Shown: positions 17,954-27,841 of the stretch, one piece after another
Layout of the letters: each line of letters starts with the position of its first letter
Position numbering within the stretch: position 1 is the stretch's first letter
DNA from: a virus
Direction: 5' to 3' (one strand)
DNA length: 64,000 bases
Virus record (IMG/VR): IMGVR_UViG_3300028392_000036
Coordinates: 64,001-128,000 of that record
The notes under the pieces: generated by a model
Seen by the model: the letters and a program-made list of their open reading frames with translations, nothing else
Databases searched by the model: none
What the model was told of the DNA's origin: nothing
Made by a program: the position numbers and the translations under genes

Positions 17954-17959
17954 ACGGTT

Positions 17960-18379
17960 ATGAATACAAAACTTTACTTTGGCTACGGCATGAACACCAA
18001 TCTCAATGAGATGGCGTATCGGTGTCCTCGGGCACGAAGTCTTGGCCACGCACGACTATTAAATAGTGCGTTTCGCTTTGCTACTCACGCTGACGTGGTA
18101 GTGGTACCTGATTGCTATGTGGACGGAGTACTATGGTCTATCACTGAAGAATGTTTACAGAAACTGGATGCACTAGAAGGCTTCCCGCATTATTACAATC
18201 GCATTGAGATGGCTGTGGAACATGACGGTGAAATAAAAGATGCCATTGTTTACTTTATGAACCCTGGTCAGGCAGATGGCTTGCCCAGTCAAGGCTATTT
18301 TGATCTCCTGATGGAAGGCTACACCCAACATGGTGTGCCAACAGAACAATTACACAACGCATTGGAACTGTGGGTATGA
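17960..18379 (+). CDS. Gamma-glutamylcyclotransferase (AIG2-like) family protein
   Basis: YFGYGMN, RCP.A, V.GVLW and LD.LEG.P..Y motifs. Confidence 0.85.
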   Translation: MNTKLYFGYGMNTNLNEMAYRCPRARSLGHARLLNSAFRFATHADVVVVPDCYVDGVLWSITEECLQKLDALEGFPHYYNRIEMAVEHDGEIKDAIVYFMNPGQADGLPSQGYFDLLMEGYTQHGVPTEQLHNALELWV

Positions 18380-18621
18380 TCCGTCGACTGTTACCTGTAC
18401 TATTGTTGACTGGTTGTGCATCAACTGTGAGCTATGTACCACCACCCAGTGTCAATGCCATGCCTAATGATTGTGCAAATCAAACAGCAATGATCAATTG
18501 GTTAGAATCACAAGCTCGTATCCCGCGTCACTCAATGGAAAGGCAAGAAGACTATGAAATCAGCCGTGCATCGTTTCGCCATCGTATTTGGCACGTGCGT
18601 TATATGTGCCGTCCTGTCTAG
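18376..18621 (+). CDS. Predicted lipoprotein
   Basis: Lipobox LLTGC. Confidence 0.7.
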   Translation: MIRRLLPVLLLTGCASTVSYVPPPSVNAMPNDCANQTAMINWLESQARIPRHSMERQEDYEISRASFRHRIWHVRYMCRPV

Positions 18622-18883
18622 TGGATGTGCAACACAGATCAATCCCAATCGTGTGCCTATGCATACTGTGGATCTTAACACTTATCAGATCAACTGTAGA
18701 CTAAAAGACCAACAGGTGGTATTTTTACAAAGTATGAGACAGTCACGTGAAGAACAGTTTGCCGCAAGGATGCGAAGCACTTTCCAACCGTTTAGTTGGA
18801 CACACGACCACGATATTTCATACAACAACCCCAACAAGTTTATTGATTATCACCTTAACCAACTGAGCTATTGCATACAATGA
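18554..18883 (+). CDS. Predicted lipoprotein
   Basis: Hydrophobic N-terminus ending LSSGC. Confidence 0.6.
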   Translation: MKSAVHRFAIVFGTCVICAVLSSGCATQINPNRVPMHTVDLNTYQINCRLKDQQVVFLQSMRQSREEQFAARMRSTFQPFSWTHDHDISYNNPNKFIDYHLNQLSYCIQ

Positions 18884-19440
18884 AACGACTCTTGCTTGCT
18901 GTTCTAATCCCTGTGCTGGCGCAGGCCGAGTGTGTGATGACTGATCGTGTGACAACCGCGGCCACAGTTCGAATTGAAGAACGCAGTGATGTTCGAAAGG
19001 ACATTGTGCCTAGCCCCACAGCAGGTTATCGCAGATGCCAGGTCAGTTACAAAGCCCGTATTGGTGCTCAATGGTACTTGGCTATGGGTGTGTATGATTG
19101 GCCAGGTAATGCCCCAGATGCAGAAGCCTGTGCAGTGGCCATGAGTCGAGCAGATGCTAGTGTACGAACACACGTGGCTCCAGTAGGAGTTCGTGGAGAA
19201 AGCACAATGGTCTGTACCGATCGTCCCAATATGGATACCCTGAGAAAAACAGCAGTGGGCACACAAGGACGCCTGCACCAATTTAGGCCACATCCAGATT
19301 ATCCCCGAGAGTTTTGGCACAATGGTACTCGGTGCCGTTGGTTCTTGGATACCGAATGGGCCCAAACCGATGTACAAACACGCCAAGGCATTATCTGCAG
19401 ATTGGAAACGGATCAGTGGGTAGTGGTTGACAAAATATAA
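18880..19440 (+). CDS. Exported Cys-containing protein
   Basis: Signal peptide MKRLLLAVLIPVLAQA; six Cys. Confidence 0.7.
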   Translation: MKRLLLAVLIPVLAQAECVMTDRVTTAATVRIEERSDVRKDIVPSPTAGYRRCQVSYKARIGAQWYLAMGVYDWPGNAPDAEACAVAMSRADASVRTHVAPVGVRGESTMVCTDRPNMDTLRKTAVGTQGRLHQFRPHPDYPREFWHNGTRCRWFLDTEWAQTDVQTRQGIICRLETDQWVVVDKI

Positions 19441-19455
19441 TCAATCCTGTATAAT
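19427..19455 (+). promoter_or_regulatory. sigma70 consensus promoter
   Basis: TTGACA-17bp-TATAAT. Confidence 0.75.
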
Positions 19456-19488
19456 TGAACTATCGTTAAACTAACCTGAAAGGTATGT

Positions 19489-20289
19489 ATGTTAATCAAG
19501 CATTTATCAATCGTGGCTGTGGCAGTGAGTCTTGTGGCCTGTGCCAGCGCACAAAAAGCAGAGATTCCTGCCACAGCACCTACTGCTCGAGTGGTTGAAA
19601 TTGCGCCACCAGCACATCCTTACGCCTTGCCCCAGACACAGGCTCGAGTAGTACCTCAAGCACCTGCTTGGTATGTGCGTATGCCAGAAGATACGCCAGA
19701 CATGGTGTTTTCAGTAGGTACCGCAACATCAACAGATGAGCAGATGGCCTATGACAAAGCACGTATGGCCGCAGAGCGTAAACTGGTCGAACAGATGTAC
19801 AGTCGGATCACAACACAGACCAACAGTTACAAAGCTGATCGTGGATCAGCCACAATTGAAAATTATCAACAAGTTACTCGTAAAAATGCACGTGGCGAGC
19901 TCAGTGGCGCACAACGAGTTGATAGTCAGGCCACATTTGATGGTCAGTTCTACAAGGTCTACGTGTTATTGCGTTTGCCAACAGGTGCCAACAACACAAT
20001 GCAAACACGTCGTGATCAAGGCCGTTTGCAACGTGAAGCAGATATCCGTGGTCGTGCCGCAGAGCGTGACATGGATGCCAACGAGTCACGTGAGCAAAAG
20101 CAAGAACAGGAAAAAGAACAAGCACTTGAGCGAAGTTTAACTCCACAAAGCAAGGTTACTCCTGTAACTGTGCCCACAACATCAGGTGAAATCAAATTAC
20201 TTGACGTGGACAACGCTGAATACAAGCAAAAACGGGACGAAGCACTGGCCAAACCTAATGCAGTGATTGGTCAAACTGTCGTAAGATAA
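19489..20289 (+). CDS. LPP20-like lipoprotein
   Basis: Lipobox LVAC; P.WY...P, G.A.S.D.QMA..KA...A and Y.VYVL pattern. Confidence 0.7.
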   Translation: MLIKHLSIVAVAVSLVACASAQKAEIPATAPTARVVEIAPPAHPYALPQTQARVVPQAPAWYVRMPEDTPDMVFSVGTATSTDEQMAYDKARMAAERKLVEQMYSRITTQTNSYKADRGSATIENYQQVTRKNARGELSGAQRVDSQATFDGQFYKVYVLLRLPTGANNTMQTRRDQGRLQREADIRGRAAERDMDANESREQKQEQEKEQALERSLTPQSKVTPVTVPTTSGEIKLLDVDNAEYKQKRDEALAKPNAVIGQTVVR

Positions 20290-20337
20290 ACGGCGTATAA
20301 ATAGAAGCGGTGCCAAAAACACCGCTTTTTCTCTTTT

Positions 20338-20919
20338 ATGATCATGCCAATAATTGAAACTACCCAAACTGAACAAACTCACACTCAAGCACTTGCTGAC
20401 ACTGGCATGTATGTTTTTATGGGAGACGTGGATGATGAAAGTATCAAGCCAGTTGTGGAATGGATGCTGTATGAAAACTATGTGAGCAAGAAAAAGAAAA
20501 AAGAATTGTTACTCATGATTTGCTCCAATGGTGGAGACATGGGTGCGGCCTTTGCCCTAATTGATGTAATGATGAGCAGCCAAATTCCAGTAAAAACTGT
20601 GGGCCTGGGAACCATTGCATCAGCAGGCTTGTTGATCTTTATCTCTGGCACTCACGGACGACGAGTTCTTACACCTAATACTTCAATTCTAAGCCATCAG
20701 TTCTCCTGGTACAACGAAGGCAAAGCACATGAGTTGTTTGCTACCATGCGTGAGTTTGAACTCACACAGGCTAGAATGATTGCACACTATGAATTGTGTA
20801 CAGGCCTGGGCCGGGAAGAAATACGCACGAACTTGTTGCCACCACAAGACGTTTGGTTATCAGCATCAGAAGCCCTGGCTCTGGGCATCTGCGATGACAT
20901 CAGTGTGGTCAAGAGTTAA
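20338..20919 (+). CDS. Divergent ClpP-family serine protease
   Basis: SNGGD, TVGLG.IASAG (Ser), LSHQ (His), D.WLSA.EAL.LG..D (Asp). Confidence 0.85.
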   Translation: MIMPIIETTQTEQTHTQALADTGMYVFMGDVDDESIKPVVEWMLYENYVSKKKKKELLLMICSNGGDMGAAFALIDVMMSSQIPVKTVGLGTIASAGLLIFISGTHGRRVLTPNTSILSHQFSWYNEGKAHELFATMREFELTQARMIAHYELCTGLGREEIRTNLLPPQDVWLSASEALALGICDDISVVKS

Positions 20920-20953
20920 ATAGGTCTTAACCACCACGTGCGCTACGGTCTTG

Positions 20954-22027
20954 TTATTTTTTGTTTTGCTTCAGGTATTCCGCATAACTCATAGCCCTCT
21001 GTCCTGTTGCAATATCACGTGGTTGTTTTAGCCAGGCATCCACAGTATCGAGTTTTGTTGGTGCAGGTAATGCTTGTGCGGGTGCAGTTGTTGGCAATTG
21101 CTCTGGTTTGTTGTCTGTGTCAACTTGATTTATTTTATCCAATGCCTTTTTACCTAGTCCTGCTAGTCGTGCAATATCTCCTGGAGAGGTGGTGTTATTT
21201 GGATCAATACCAGCGTCCCACATTTTATACATTTTCTCGCGTACCTGGTCCGGGCTTAGAGCATTTGATAATTTGCTTGGATCGATATATTTCTCGCTGT
21301 CTATCTTTACAGGTTTACCACCGCTAGTGGCTGTGAATTTCGTATATTTGTGAAAACGACTACCCGAAGGCGAACCATCACTTCTTATTATACTTTTGAG
21401 TTCTTCAACTGGGTCAGTTTCACGATTATCTCTAACATAGGTGTCCCCAATATTTCCATCAAAGTCGGTTTTGTAAATTACAATTTTGTTTTCTTCTGGT
21501 GTATTACTAGCATAATAATCATAAGGTTCACTGTCGTCTGGTTCCTTTAGTTTATTTTGATAACGCCAGTCGCTCGGGTCATCGGCTCTTGACCTGAATG
21601 ATGATTTTACTTTTGCAGGATTGATAGCGACACTTTGAAGATGTTTGATCAGTTGGGCAGCCGCCAGTTCGGGATTTTGTCGATACAAATCTAGTAAATC
21701 AAACATTTGATCTGTAGCAGATATGTCATCCCCCCTATCCTCATCGTCATAGTCAGGCTCTATATCTTCAAAACCCAAGGCGCCGGCCATGTCTTCCTGG
21801 GCATCAAACAGATCATCGTCGTCCTCTGCGTCCCATTGATCGAGATGATCTTGAATGCCTTTTAACAATGCAATTCCGGCTGGGATAGGCATAGCGGCAA
21901 CACCTGCTGGTGTTGACAGCAGTTTAACTACAGGTGCAGGCACAGCCGCACTAGCCGCAAAACTTGCTAGACTTTTAAGGAACCCTCTACGAGTTGATTC
22001 GTTGATGTATTCTTTTAGGGTTTTCAT
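20954..22027 (-). CDS. Hypothetical protein, possible internal head protein
   Basis: N-terminus MKTLKEYINE followed by a twin-arginine-like TRRGFLK; acidic central region. Confidence 0.6.
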   Translation of the reverse strand: MKTLKEYINESTRRGFLKSLASFAASAAVPAPVVKLLSTPAGVAAMPIPAGIALLKGIQDHLDQWDAEDDDDLFDAQEDMAGALGFEDIEPDYDDEDRGDDISATDQMFDLLDLYRQNPELAAAQLIKHLQSVAINPAKVKSSFRSRADDPSDWRYQNKLKEPDDSEPYDYYASNTPEENKIVIYKTDFDGNIGDTYVRDNRETDPVEELKSIIRSDGSPSGSRFHKYTKFTATSGGKPVKIDSEKYIDPSKLSNALSPDQVREKMYKMWDAGIDPNNTTSPGDIARLAGLGKKALDKINQVDTDNKPEQLPTTAPAQALPAPTKLDTVDAWLKQPRDIATGQRAMSYAEYLKQNKK

Positions 22028-22031
22028 TTTA

Positions 22032-23762
22032 TTATCCTTTTTTCTTGCGCCCTGTAGTCTTTTCATCAAAGTCGGCATCCTGAGCCTGTCTGGCTGCCTT
22101 GGCTCCCGGCCCAGTTAGTCTAGGTGCTTGTCCCACTTGATTGAGCTTTTCAATGTCCCCAATATCACTAGCATCTGCTGATGCTTCTTTAGAATCGCTA
22201 GGCTTGTTGGTTTTCTTTTTCTTCTTGCCCACGTCACCTGCATTGGGCGGCACTATCATGAAGCCCGGACGATTGTTACCTGCTATGTGGCTGGGTGCGT
22301 GATAGTCAAATTCAAAGTCCAAGTTACCAAACGGCTTGCTGGTAATAACCAGTTGTCCTTCATTGTCAATGTCCACGTGACCCAGCTGGCAATTCAACTG
22401 TTTGATCATGTCGTTCATGATATCTTTGTATTGCTGTTGGTTAGGTCCACGGCGAATCATATACTCTATGCCCTTGCCTAAACTGTAGGCGATAATGTTG
22501 GCAGCACCATCCACATGATCATTGTCGTAACTGTATTTTCCTGCAATACCGGGTTTGGGCTTGTTGGCAGTGAGTCCCAGATAATAGTTTGAATCTTGTG
22601 GCATACCCACATTGCTACCCCATTGGCCGGCCTGTGTGGCAGGAAGTATCATTTGTAAAAATCCCTTGTAATCTAATTTTTCAACCAAGGGTTTTAATAG
22701 TTTTTTTAGTTCTGCCCAACTGTTGAATTCGCCGCCCAAGATGTCCACATAGCTGATATATTCGGGAGTTTGATTTCGATTGGCAGCCAAACAGATACGG
22801 TCAGTGACTGATCCTTCTTTTTTGGTGCTGGCCCAGATCTTGATAGCATCACGAAACATTTTTTGTTTGCCTTCGTCGGTCAAGGTCTGGTCGTATTCTT
22901 CTAGTAGGCTACCCAGACTGTTCATGCTGGTTCCTGAGCCGCCCAGCGCCTTGACACTGTAGCGTGTGTTGCCGCCCACAGTGACGTCGATCAACTTTTC
23001 GTTTCCCACTGGAAAACTAATTTCTTCGCTTTCGTTGGCTAATGCGATCGGAGCCAAGATCTCACCAAAGTCTTGACTGATCATGCCCAGGAATGGTTTT
23101 ACATATTCTAGGCTTTCGGGACTCAATTGTCCAGAGCCACGATTTTCAGCCAGCTCGACTAGCTCGGTCAGCGCCTTGGCCAAGTTTTCATTTTTGATTT
23201 TTGATTTGATAGCTTCTTTAGTGGCAGTGGCTAATTCTTTTCGGTCTGAGTACTCTCCGGCCAGGCCCAACTTGACTGGGGTAAGATCTTTGCGGTTCAA
23301 CACTAGATCAACAGCGGCACCGGCATAGCTGGCAGCAGTCTTGACTCCACGTAGAACAAAGGTAAAAGTCTTGCCTTGACCGGTGTAACTGTAAATACTA
23401 AATTGTCCACTAGATATGGCCTGATGGTCAGTTACAGGTGCTGAAACCAGCCCTAGCCCTTCTGCAGATTGCTCCAGTTGTGCTGGTGTTACGTCGCTGA
23501 TACGCAGTACTGGTAATCGTCCAGATTTTTTGCTGTATTCTATTTTGTTTTTGGCATTTTCAACTCCGGCCTGCTCTAACCATTCTGACAATGCTGGAAT
23601 CATACTTTCGTAATCTGCTTTTTCGGCATAAACGGGCTGGGCAGGTTCTGCACCTGGGGGCTGTGCCGCAACTGCGGCATCTAATTCAGCTTCAAGTATC
23701 ATCATCTGTACCTTTGGTCCTTTGTCTGTAATTGATTCGAATAATTTTAGAGTATCGTGCAT
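22032..23762 (-). CDS. Large hypothetical protein with possible PD-(D/E)XK-like domain
   Basis: 576-aa ORF; DFGE...FP..NEKLID...YSVK pattern. Confidence 0.5.
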   Translation of the reverse strand: MHDTLKLFESITDKGPKVQMMILEAELDAAVAAQPPGAEPAQPVYAEKADYESMIPALSEWLEQAGVENAKNKIEYSKKSGRLPVLRISDVTPAQLEQSAEGLGLVSAPVTDHQAISSGQFSIYSYTGQGKTFTFVLRGVKTAASYAGAAVDLVLNRKDLTPVKLGLAGEYSDRKELATATKEAIKSKIKNENLAKALTELVELAENRGSGQLSPESLEYVKPFLGMISQDFGEILAPIALANESEEISFPVGNEKLIDVTVGGNTRYSVKALGGSGTSMNSLGSLLEEYDQTLTDEGKQKMFRDAIKIWASTKKEGSVTDRICLAANRNQTPEYISYVDILGGEFNSWAELKKLLKPLVEKLDYKGFLQMILPATQAGQWGSNVGMPQDSNYYLGLTANKPKPGIAGKYSYDNDHVDGAANIIAYSLGKGIEYMIRRGPNQQQYKDIMNDMIKQLNCQLGHVDIDNEGQLVITSKPFGNLDFEFDYHAPSHIAGNNRPGFMIVPPNAGDVGKKKKKTNKPSDSKEASADASDIGDIEKLNQVGQAPRLTGPGAKAARQAQDADFDEKTTGRKKKG

Positions 23763-23791
23763 TTGCTTTTTTCCAAGAATAATGTTATACT
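23763..23791 (+). promoter_or_regulatory. sigma70-type promoter of clpP
   Basis: TTGCTT-17bp-TATACT; SD AAGGAG before the ATG at 23815. Confidence 0.6.
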
Positions 23792-23814
23792 TATCACATC
23801 AACAAGGAGACCCC

Positions 23815-24405
23815 ATGCCAAACTTAGTACCTATTGTACTTGAACAAACAGCCAAAGGCGAACGCAGTTACGACATCTATAGCCGATTGCTAAAAGACCG
23901 TGTGATCATGCTGGACACAGAAGTGTCGGAACACACAGCCAGTTTACTGGTGGCACAGATGCTGTTTTTAGAAAGCGAAAATCCCGACAAGGATATCTCC
24001 CTATATATCAACTCGCCGGGCGGATCAGTAACAGCCGGTATGGCCATCTATGATACCATGCAGTTTATCCGGTGTGATGTGCAGACCATTGTGATGGGAC
24101 AGGCCTGCTCCATGGGAAGTCTGCTAAGTACAGCAGGAGCCGCGGGCAAGCGTATGATTTTGCCCAATGCCCGACACATGATTCACCAACCATCAGGTGG
24201 TGCTCATGGACAAGCCACAGACATCCAAATCCAAGCAAGAGAAATTCAAAAGATGAAAGAGTATCTTACCAACATCTATGTCAAGCATAATTCAGCAGGT
24301 AAAACCTTTGGGCAGTTATCAGCAGATATGGAACGTGATTTCTTTATGTCAGCACAAGAAGCCTTGGACTATGGATTGGTAGACAAGATACTCGATAAAC
24401 GTTAA
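23815..24405 (+). CDS. clpP: ATP-dependent Clp protease proteolytic subunit ClpP
   Basis: [51 protein letters not shown] and YGLVD. Confidence 0.97.
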   Translation: MPNLVPIVLEQTAKGERSYDIYSRLLKDRVIMLDTEVSEHTASLLVAQMLFLESENPDKDISLYINSPGGSVTAGMAIYDTMQFIRCDVQTIVMGQACSMGSLLSTAGAAGKRMILPNARHMIHQPSGGAHGQATDIQIQAREIQKMKEYLTNIYVKHNSAGKTFGQLSADMERDFFMSAQEALDYGLVDKILDKR

Positions 24406-25670
24406 TGAGCCTAAAAGATAATTTTTGCCCAAGTCCTTGGTTCCATATGCGTATTACCAATAATGGTGGTATGACCTATTGCCGTTGGGCAGACAAAAAT
24501 GCAACAGAAGCCAACATTCGAGATGTTGATCCTCAAAGTTTTTTCCAACAACACATGGCCGGTGTACGCAAAAAAATATTGCAAGGCGAACCAGTTGATG
24601 GATGTAAGAGTTGTTATCTCATGGAATGCCACAACAAGGTCAGTGGTAGACAAAAACAACTGCTCAAAATTGGTGTGCGTGTTGAACAGTTCGAAAAGAC
24701 TCTGGCTTCGAGTCCTTGGGTTGATACATTTGCATCGCAGGAATTCTCACAGTCGCCACAAGATTGGCAAATAGACCTTGGCAATCACTGTAACAGTGCT
24801 TGTATTTTTTGTCACCCAAATGCCAGTTCAAGATTGGCCACGGAGTGGCAACGTATAGGTTTTATTGATCAACTGCCAGCACCAAATTGGACCGATGATC
24901 CAGCTCTAGTTGATCAATTTATTACCATGCTTGAAGCAAGCCCGCACATTCAATACTTACACTTTATTGGTGGAGAGACCTTGATCACTCCGGCATTTCA
25001 AACCATACTAGAAGCATTGATCAGGTCAGGATTAAATCACACAGCCACAATAGGATTTACTACCAATCTTATCACTTGGAATCAGCAGGTAGTTGATTTG
25101 CTATCACAATTTGCCGGCGTTAATCTTGGCATGAGTATTGAATCATTTGACTCTGTAAACGATTATGTACGTTGGCCTGCTACGGTATCAAGGACACACA
25201 AAACTCTAGACCAATGGATTGCCATAGCACAAGATCACAATTGGTTAATGCAGTTCCGTACCACTCCCACGGCACTGACCATTGACTCTTTATTGAGTGT
25301 GTACCGGTATGCCTGGGATCGATCAATAGCGATCGAAAGTTGTAATTTTTTAGATCAACCTGAGTGCATGCGTCCATCGGTGTTGCCCTTGAGTTATCGT
25401 CAATCCATAATTGATCGCATGGAATCTTGGATTGCCGAACATGGTACTGATGCTGATATCATTGTAAATACTCGAGATCCAAATGTGGCCCAACAGCAGA
25501 TATTACAAGATCTGCAGAGCTATGTAAACTACTTGAAACATGCGCCTGATGAAAGTTTTAGATTACCTGAATTAGTAGCATATCTAAAACGCATTGAATC
25601 CAGCCGTGGCAATAGTATATTGACCTATCTACCCCAATATGAAGAACTTTTCAGAACTGCTGGCTACTGA
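24405..25670 (+). CDS. Radical SAM protein with N-terminal SPASM/twitch-like Cys domain
   Basis: CNSACIFC (CxxxCxxC), GGE, TTN; N-terminal FC..PW...C...C..C. Confidence 0.85.
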   Translation: MSLKDNFCPSPWFHMRITNNGGMTYCRWADKNATEANIRDVDPQSFFQQHMAGVRKKILQGEPVDGCKSCYLMECHNKVSGRQKQLLKIGVRVEQFEKTLASSPWVDTFASQEFSQSPQDWQIDLGNHCNSACIFCHPNASSRLATEWQRIGFIDQLPAPNWTDDPALVDQFITMLEASPHIQYLHFIGGETLITPAFQTILEALIRSGLNHTATIGFTTNLITWNQQVVDLLSQFAGVNLGMSIESFDSVNDYVRWPATVSRTHKTLDQWIAIAQDHNWLMQFRTTPTALTIDSLLSVYRYAWDRSIAIESCNFLDQPECMRPSVLPLSYRQSIIDRMESWIAEHGTDADIIVNTRDPNVAQQQILQDLQSYVNYLKHAPDESFRLPELVAYLKRIESSRGNSILTYLPQYEELFRTAGY

Positions 25671-25893
25671 GTTAAAACTAAATGTTGTTGTAAATGGTGT
25701 TGCAACCACGGCCAATTTGCATGACCGAATGATTTTTAATGCAGACGATATTGTTGCAGTTGATACTATTAAGGTATTACCACAATATCGTTATTTGGCC
25801 ACTGACGGACAGTTGACTATCGACGAGCCATTCTATAATTGGTATCACAGAATTTCAGGGCAGGGGTGGCTATTAACGCCGCATCAAGGATGA
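25639..25893 (+). CDS. Hypothetical protein
   Basis: ORF overlapping the end of the radical SAM gene. Confidence 0.55.
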   Translation: MKNFSELLATELKLNVVVNGVATTANLHDRMIFNADDIVAVDTIKVLPQYRYLATDGQLTIDEPFYNWYHRISGQGWLLTPHQG

Positions 25894-25946
25894 ACTTCCC
25901 CGCCTTCACGAGCCCAGCGAAACAATGTTACGAGAGCGTCAATCAT
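25884..25946 (-). CDS. 20-aa micro-ORF
   Basis: Last of four tandem small ORFs; AGGA upstream. Confidence 0.35.
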   Translation of the reverse strand: MIDALVTLFRWAREGGEVHP

Positions 25947-25951
25947 TGATG

Positions 25952-26041
25952 TTATCCTGCAATTACCAAATAAACAATCATGGCCGCGATGGCACAGGCT
26001 GTGAATAAAGTGTTATCAGAAACAGGCGGTTTATCGAACAT
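25952..26041 (-). CDS. 29-aa hydrophobic micro-ORF
   Basis: MFDKPPVSDNTLFTACAIAAMIVYLVIAG; starts 3 nt after the previous stop. Confidence 0.45.
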   Translation of the reverse strand: MFDKPPVSDNTLFTACAIAAMIVYLVIAG

Positions 26042-26044
26042 GTT

Positions 26045-26134
26045 TTACATCCATCCATATTTGATGCGATTGCTTGCTCGCATTTGTCCGTATGCCTCTA
26101 GGTATCGCCAAATGGCTTTTAAAACTTGTTTCAT
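26045..26134 (-). CDS. 29-aa micro-ORF
   Basis: MKQVLKAIWRYLEAYGQMRASNRIKYGWM; ATGA overlap with the previous gene and AGGA upstream. Confidence 0.55.
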   Translation of the reverse strand: MKQVLKAIWRYLEAYGQMRASNRIKYGWM

Positions 26135-26301
26135 ACAAAATTCCTATCTGAATTTTTATCATACTGGCGTGACCAGTATTCCACATCTGATGCGCTGGTT
26201 ATGCATTTTGTGCTTAAATACTGTTCCAAGCGTGATTGATAACCTTGCTTGGGGAACATCTCAGCAAGACGTTCGATAAATTGAATAAACATTTGTGACA
26301 T
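26131..26301 (-). CDS. 56-aa protein (possibly DUF3563-like)
   Basis: TAAATA and AAGGAG upstream; LEQYLS....SDVEYW.RQYD. Confidence 0.65.
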   Translation of the reverse strand: MSQMFIQFIERLAEMFPKQGYQSRLEQYLSTKCITSASDVEYWSRQYDKNSDRNFV

Positions 26302-26352
26302 TTACTTTTCTCCTTTGCAGTATTTACCACTAAGTAGAAACCATTATATATT

Positions 26353-27426
26353 ATGAAAATCAGACTAATTGGGCACAGAAATAACCTGGGAATAGGCGTA
26401 CATTATAAAAATTTCGCCGATGCGCTAAAACGCATGAGTTACCTGGGTGATCTAGTGGAAGAAGTCAACTGTGACAATCAAGATGATGTGTGGGACGCGG
26501 CCAAACGTAGTCGGCCTGAAGACGTCAACATAAGTTTTGTAAGCATGCCCATACACGGGCATTATCAAGGTGCTAATATACAATGGGTAGTTTTTGAAAG
26601 TACTCGAGTACCGCCCACAATAATGAGCACAATGCTAGCCGCTGACCAAGTGTGGGTTCCTAGCGAGTGGGGCAGAAAAGTCTTGATTGACAACGGTGCT
26701 GAAGCTGATCGATGCTGGATCATGCCCGAGGGTGTTGATGCACACAAGTACCATCCTTACAACCCGCGAGTTGAATCCTCTGTCATGAGCTATCTCATTA
26801 CCGGCAAATACGAACTGAGAAAAAGCATTATAGAAACAATAGTTGCCTGGGTTCAAGAATTTGGCAACGACCCTGGAGTGGAACTGATTGTCAAAAGCAA
26901 TCATTTTGCCAACCAAGTAGAAAAGTACAACGAACTCTCCAACTGGTTGGGGTCTACAGGCATCAACAATGTTCGTGTGTTATGGGGTGCGATCCCCGAA
27001 GCTGACTTGGTGGACCTGTATCAACAGAGTCATGTGTTTGTTCTACCCAGCAAAGGTGAAGGTTGGGGCTTGCCCTTGATCGAAGCCGCCGCAGTGGGAC
27101 TGCCCATTATCACAACCATGTACAGTGCCCAAACAGAATTTCTACAACATATTACTTCAAGTGTGATCGCCGTGGAATATGATCCGATTCCTATTGCCTG
27201 TGCAGAATATCAATACTTCTATCCCACCGAGGATGGCAACTGGGGGCAGTGGGTGCAACCCAGAGTTGACAGCATACGAACCGCTTTGAGAACTGTCCGC
27301 GACAACTACAGCATACTCAGTGAACAGGCTCGGATCAACAGCGAAATCATACGCAGGGATTTTAGTTGGGACCAATGTGCATTTCGTGTTGTGCAAACAC
27401 TACACAAACAGGGCTTGATAAAGTAA
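26353..27426 (+). CDS. GT4 glycosyltransferase
   Basis: WVPSEW, PEGVD, RK, FVLPSKGEGWGLPLIEAAAVGLPII and FSW. Confidence 0.88.
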   Translation: MKIRLIGHRNNLGIGVHYKNFADALKRMSYLGDLVEEVNCDNQDDVWDAAKRSRPEDVNISFVSMPIHGHYQGANIQWVVFESTRVPPTIMSTMLAADQVWVPSEWGRKVLIDNGAEADRCWIMPEGVDAHKYHPYNPRVESSVMSYLITGKYELRKSIIETIVAWVQEFGNDPGVELIVKSNHFANQVEKYNELSNWLGSTGINNVRVLWGAIPEADLVDLYQQSHVFVLPSKGEGWGLPLIEAAAVGLPIITTMYSAQTEFLQHITSSVIAVEYDPIPIACAEYQYFYPTEDGNWGQWVQPRVDSIRTALRTVRDNYSILSEQARINSEIIRRDFSWDQCAFRVVQTLHKQGLIK

Positions 27427-27440
27427 TACTCAAGTATTAC
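27423..27440. promoter_or_regulatory. 18-bp palindromic operator-like site (copy 2)
   Basis: GTAATAC-TCAA-GTATTAC. Confidence 0.6.
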
Positions 27441-27464
27441 ATAAAAAGTACTACTTTTTGCTGG

Positions 27465-27525
27465 TTGACCAGAAATGCCCATTTTGCTATAATATAGACA
27501 TAGAGTAACAAAACAGGAGTCCCAA
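27465..27525 (+). promoter_or_regulatory. Early promoter/leader cassette type A
   Basis: TTGACC-17bp-TATAAT; the leader ATAGACATAGAGTAACAAAACAGGAG is nearly identical to the one starting at 45560. Confidence 0.8.
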
Positions 27526-27777
27526 ATGCGCCACGTAGCAGGATTTAGTAACAGCACCAAAATTCGTTTTATTGTCAACGGTTTTGGCATGTACGGCACC
27601 ATCAATGACATCTACACAAAAACAGCCACAGCGAGCCATGGTGCGGCTCTGCGATTGGCCATCCAAAAACTGGCTTACGATCGTCGCCACAGTAGTTTTA
27701 CTGGTGACGGCCGCCCAGTGGGTGTCGGCATCACCCACGAGGGACATGACGTTCAAATCACCTTGATGGCCAATTGA
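27526..27777 (+). CDS. Hypothetical early protein
   Basis: Strong promoter and AGGAG. Confidence 0.7.
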   Translation: MRHVAGFSNSTKIRFIVNGFGMYGTINDIYTKTATASHGAALRLAIQKLAYDRRHSSFTGDGRPVGVGITHEGHDVQITLMAN

Positions 27778-27783
27778 TTTTGG

Positions 27784-27841
27784 TTGACCAATATTTCCCG
27801 ATCGGTTATAATACTTGTATAGAAACTAAAAGGAGCCCAAA
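27784..27841 (+). promoter_or_regulatory. Early promoter/leader cassette type B
   Basis: TTGACC-17bp-TATAAT; the 25-nt TATAATACTTGTATAGAAACTAAAA is identical to 45035-45059. Confidence 0.8.

Noticed and set aside
25980-26279. 99-aa plus-strand ORF from the track
   Set aside because: It has no SD or promoter and is antisense to a better-supported string of minus-strand small ORFs.
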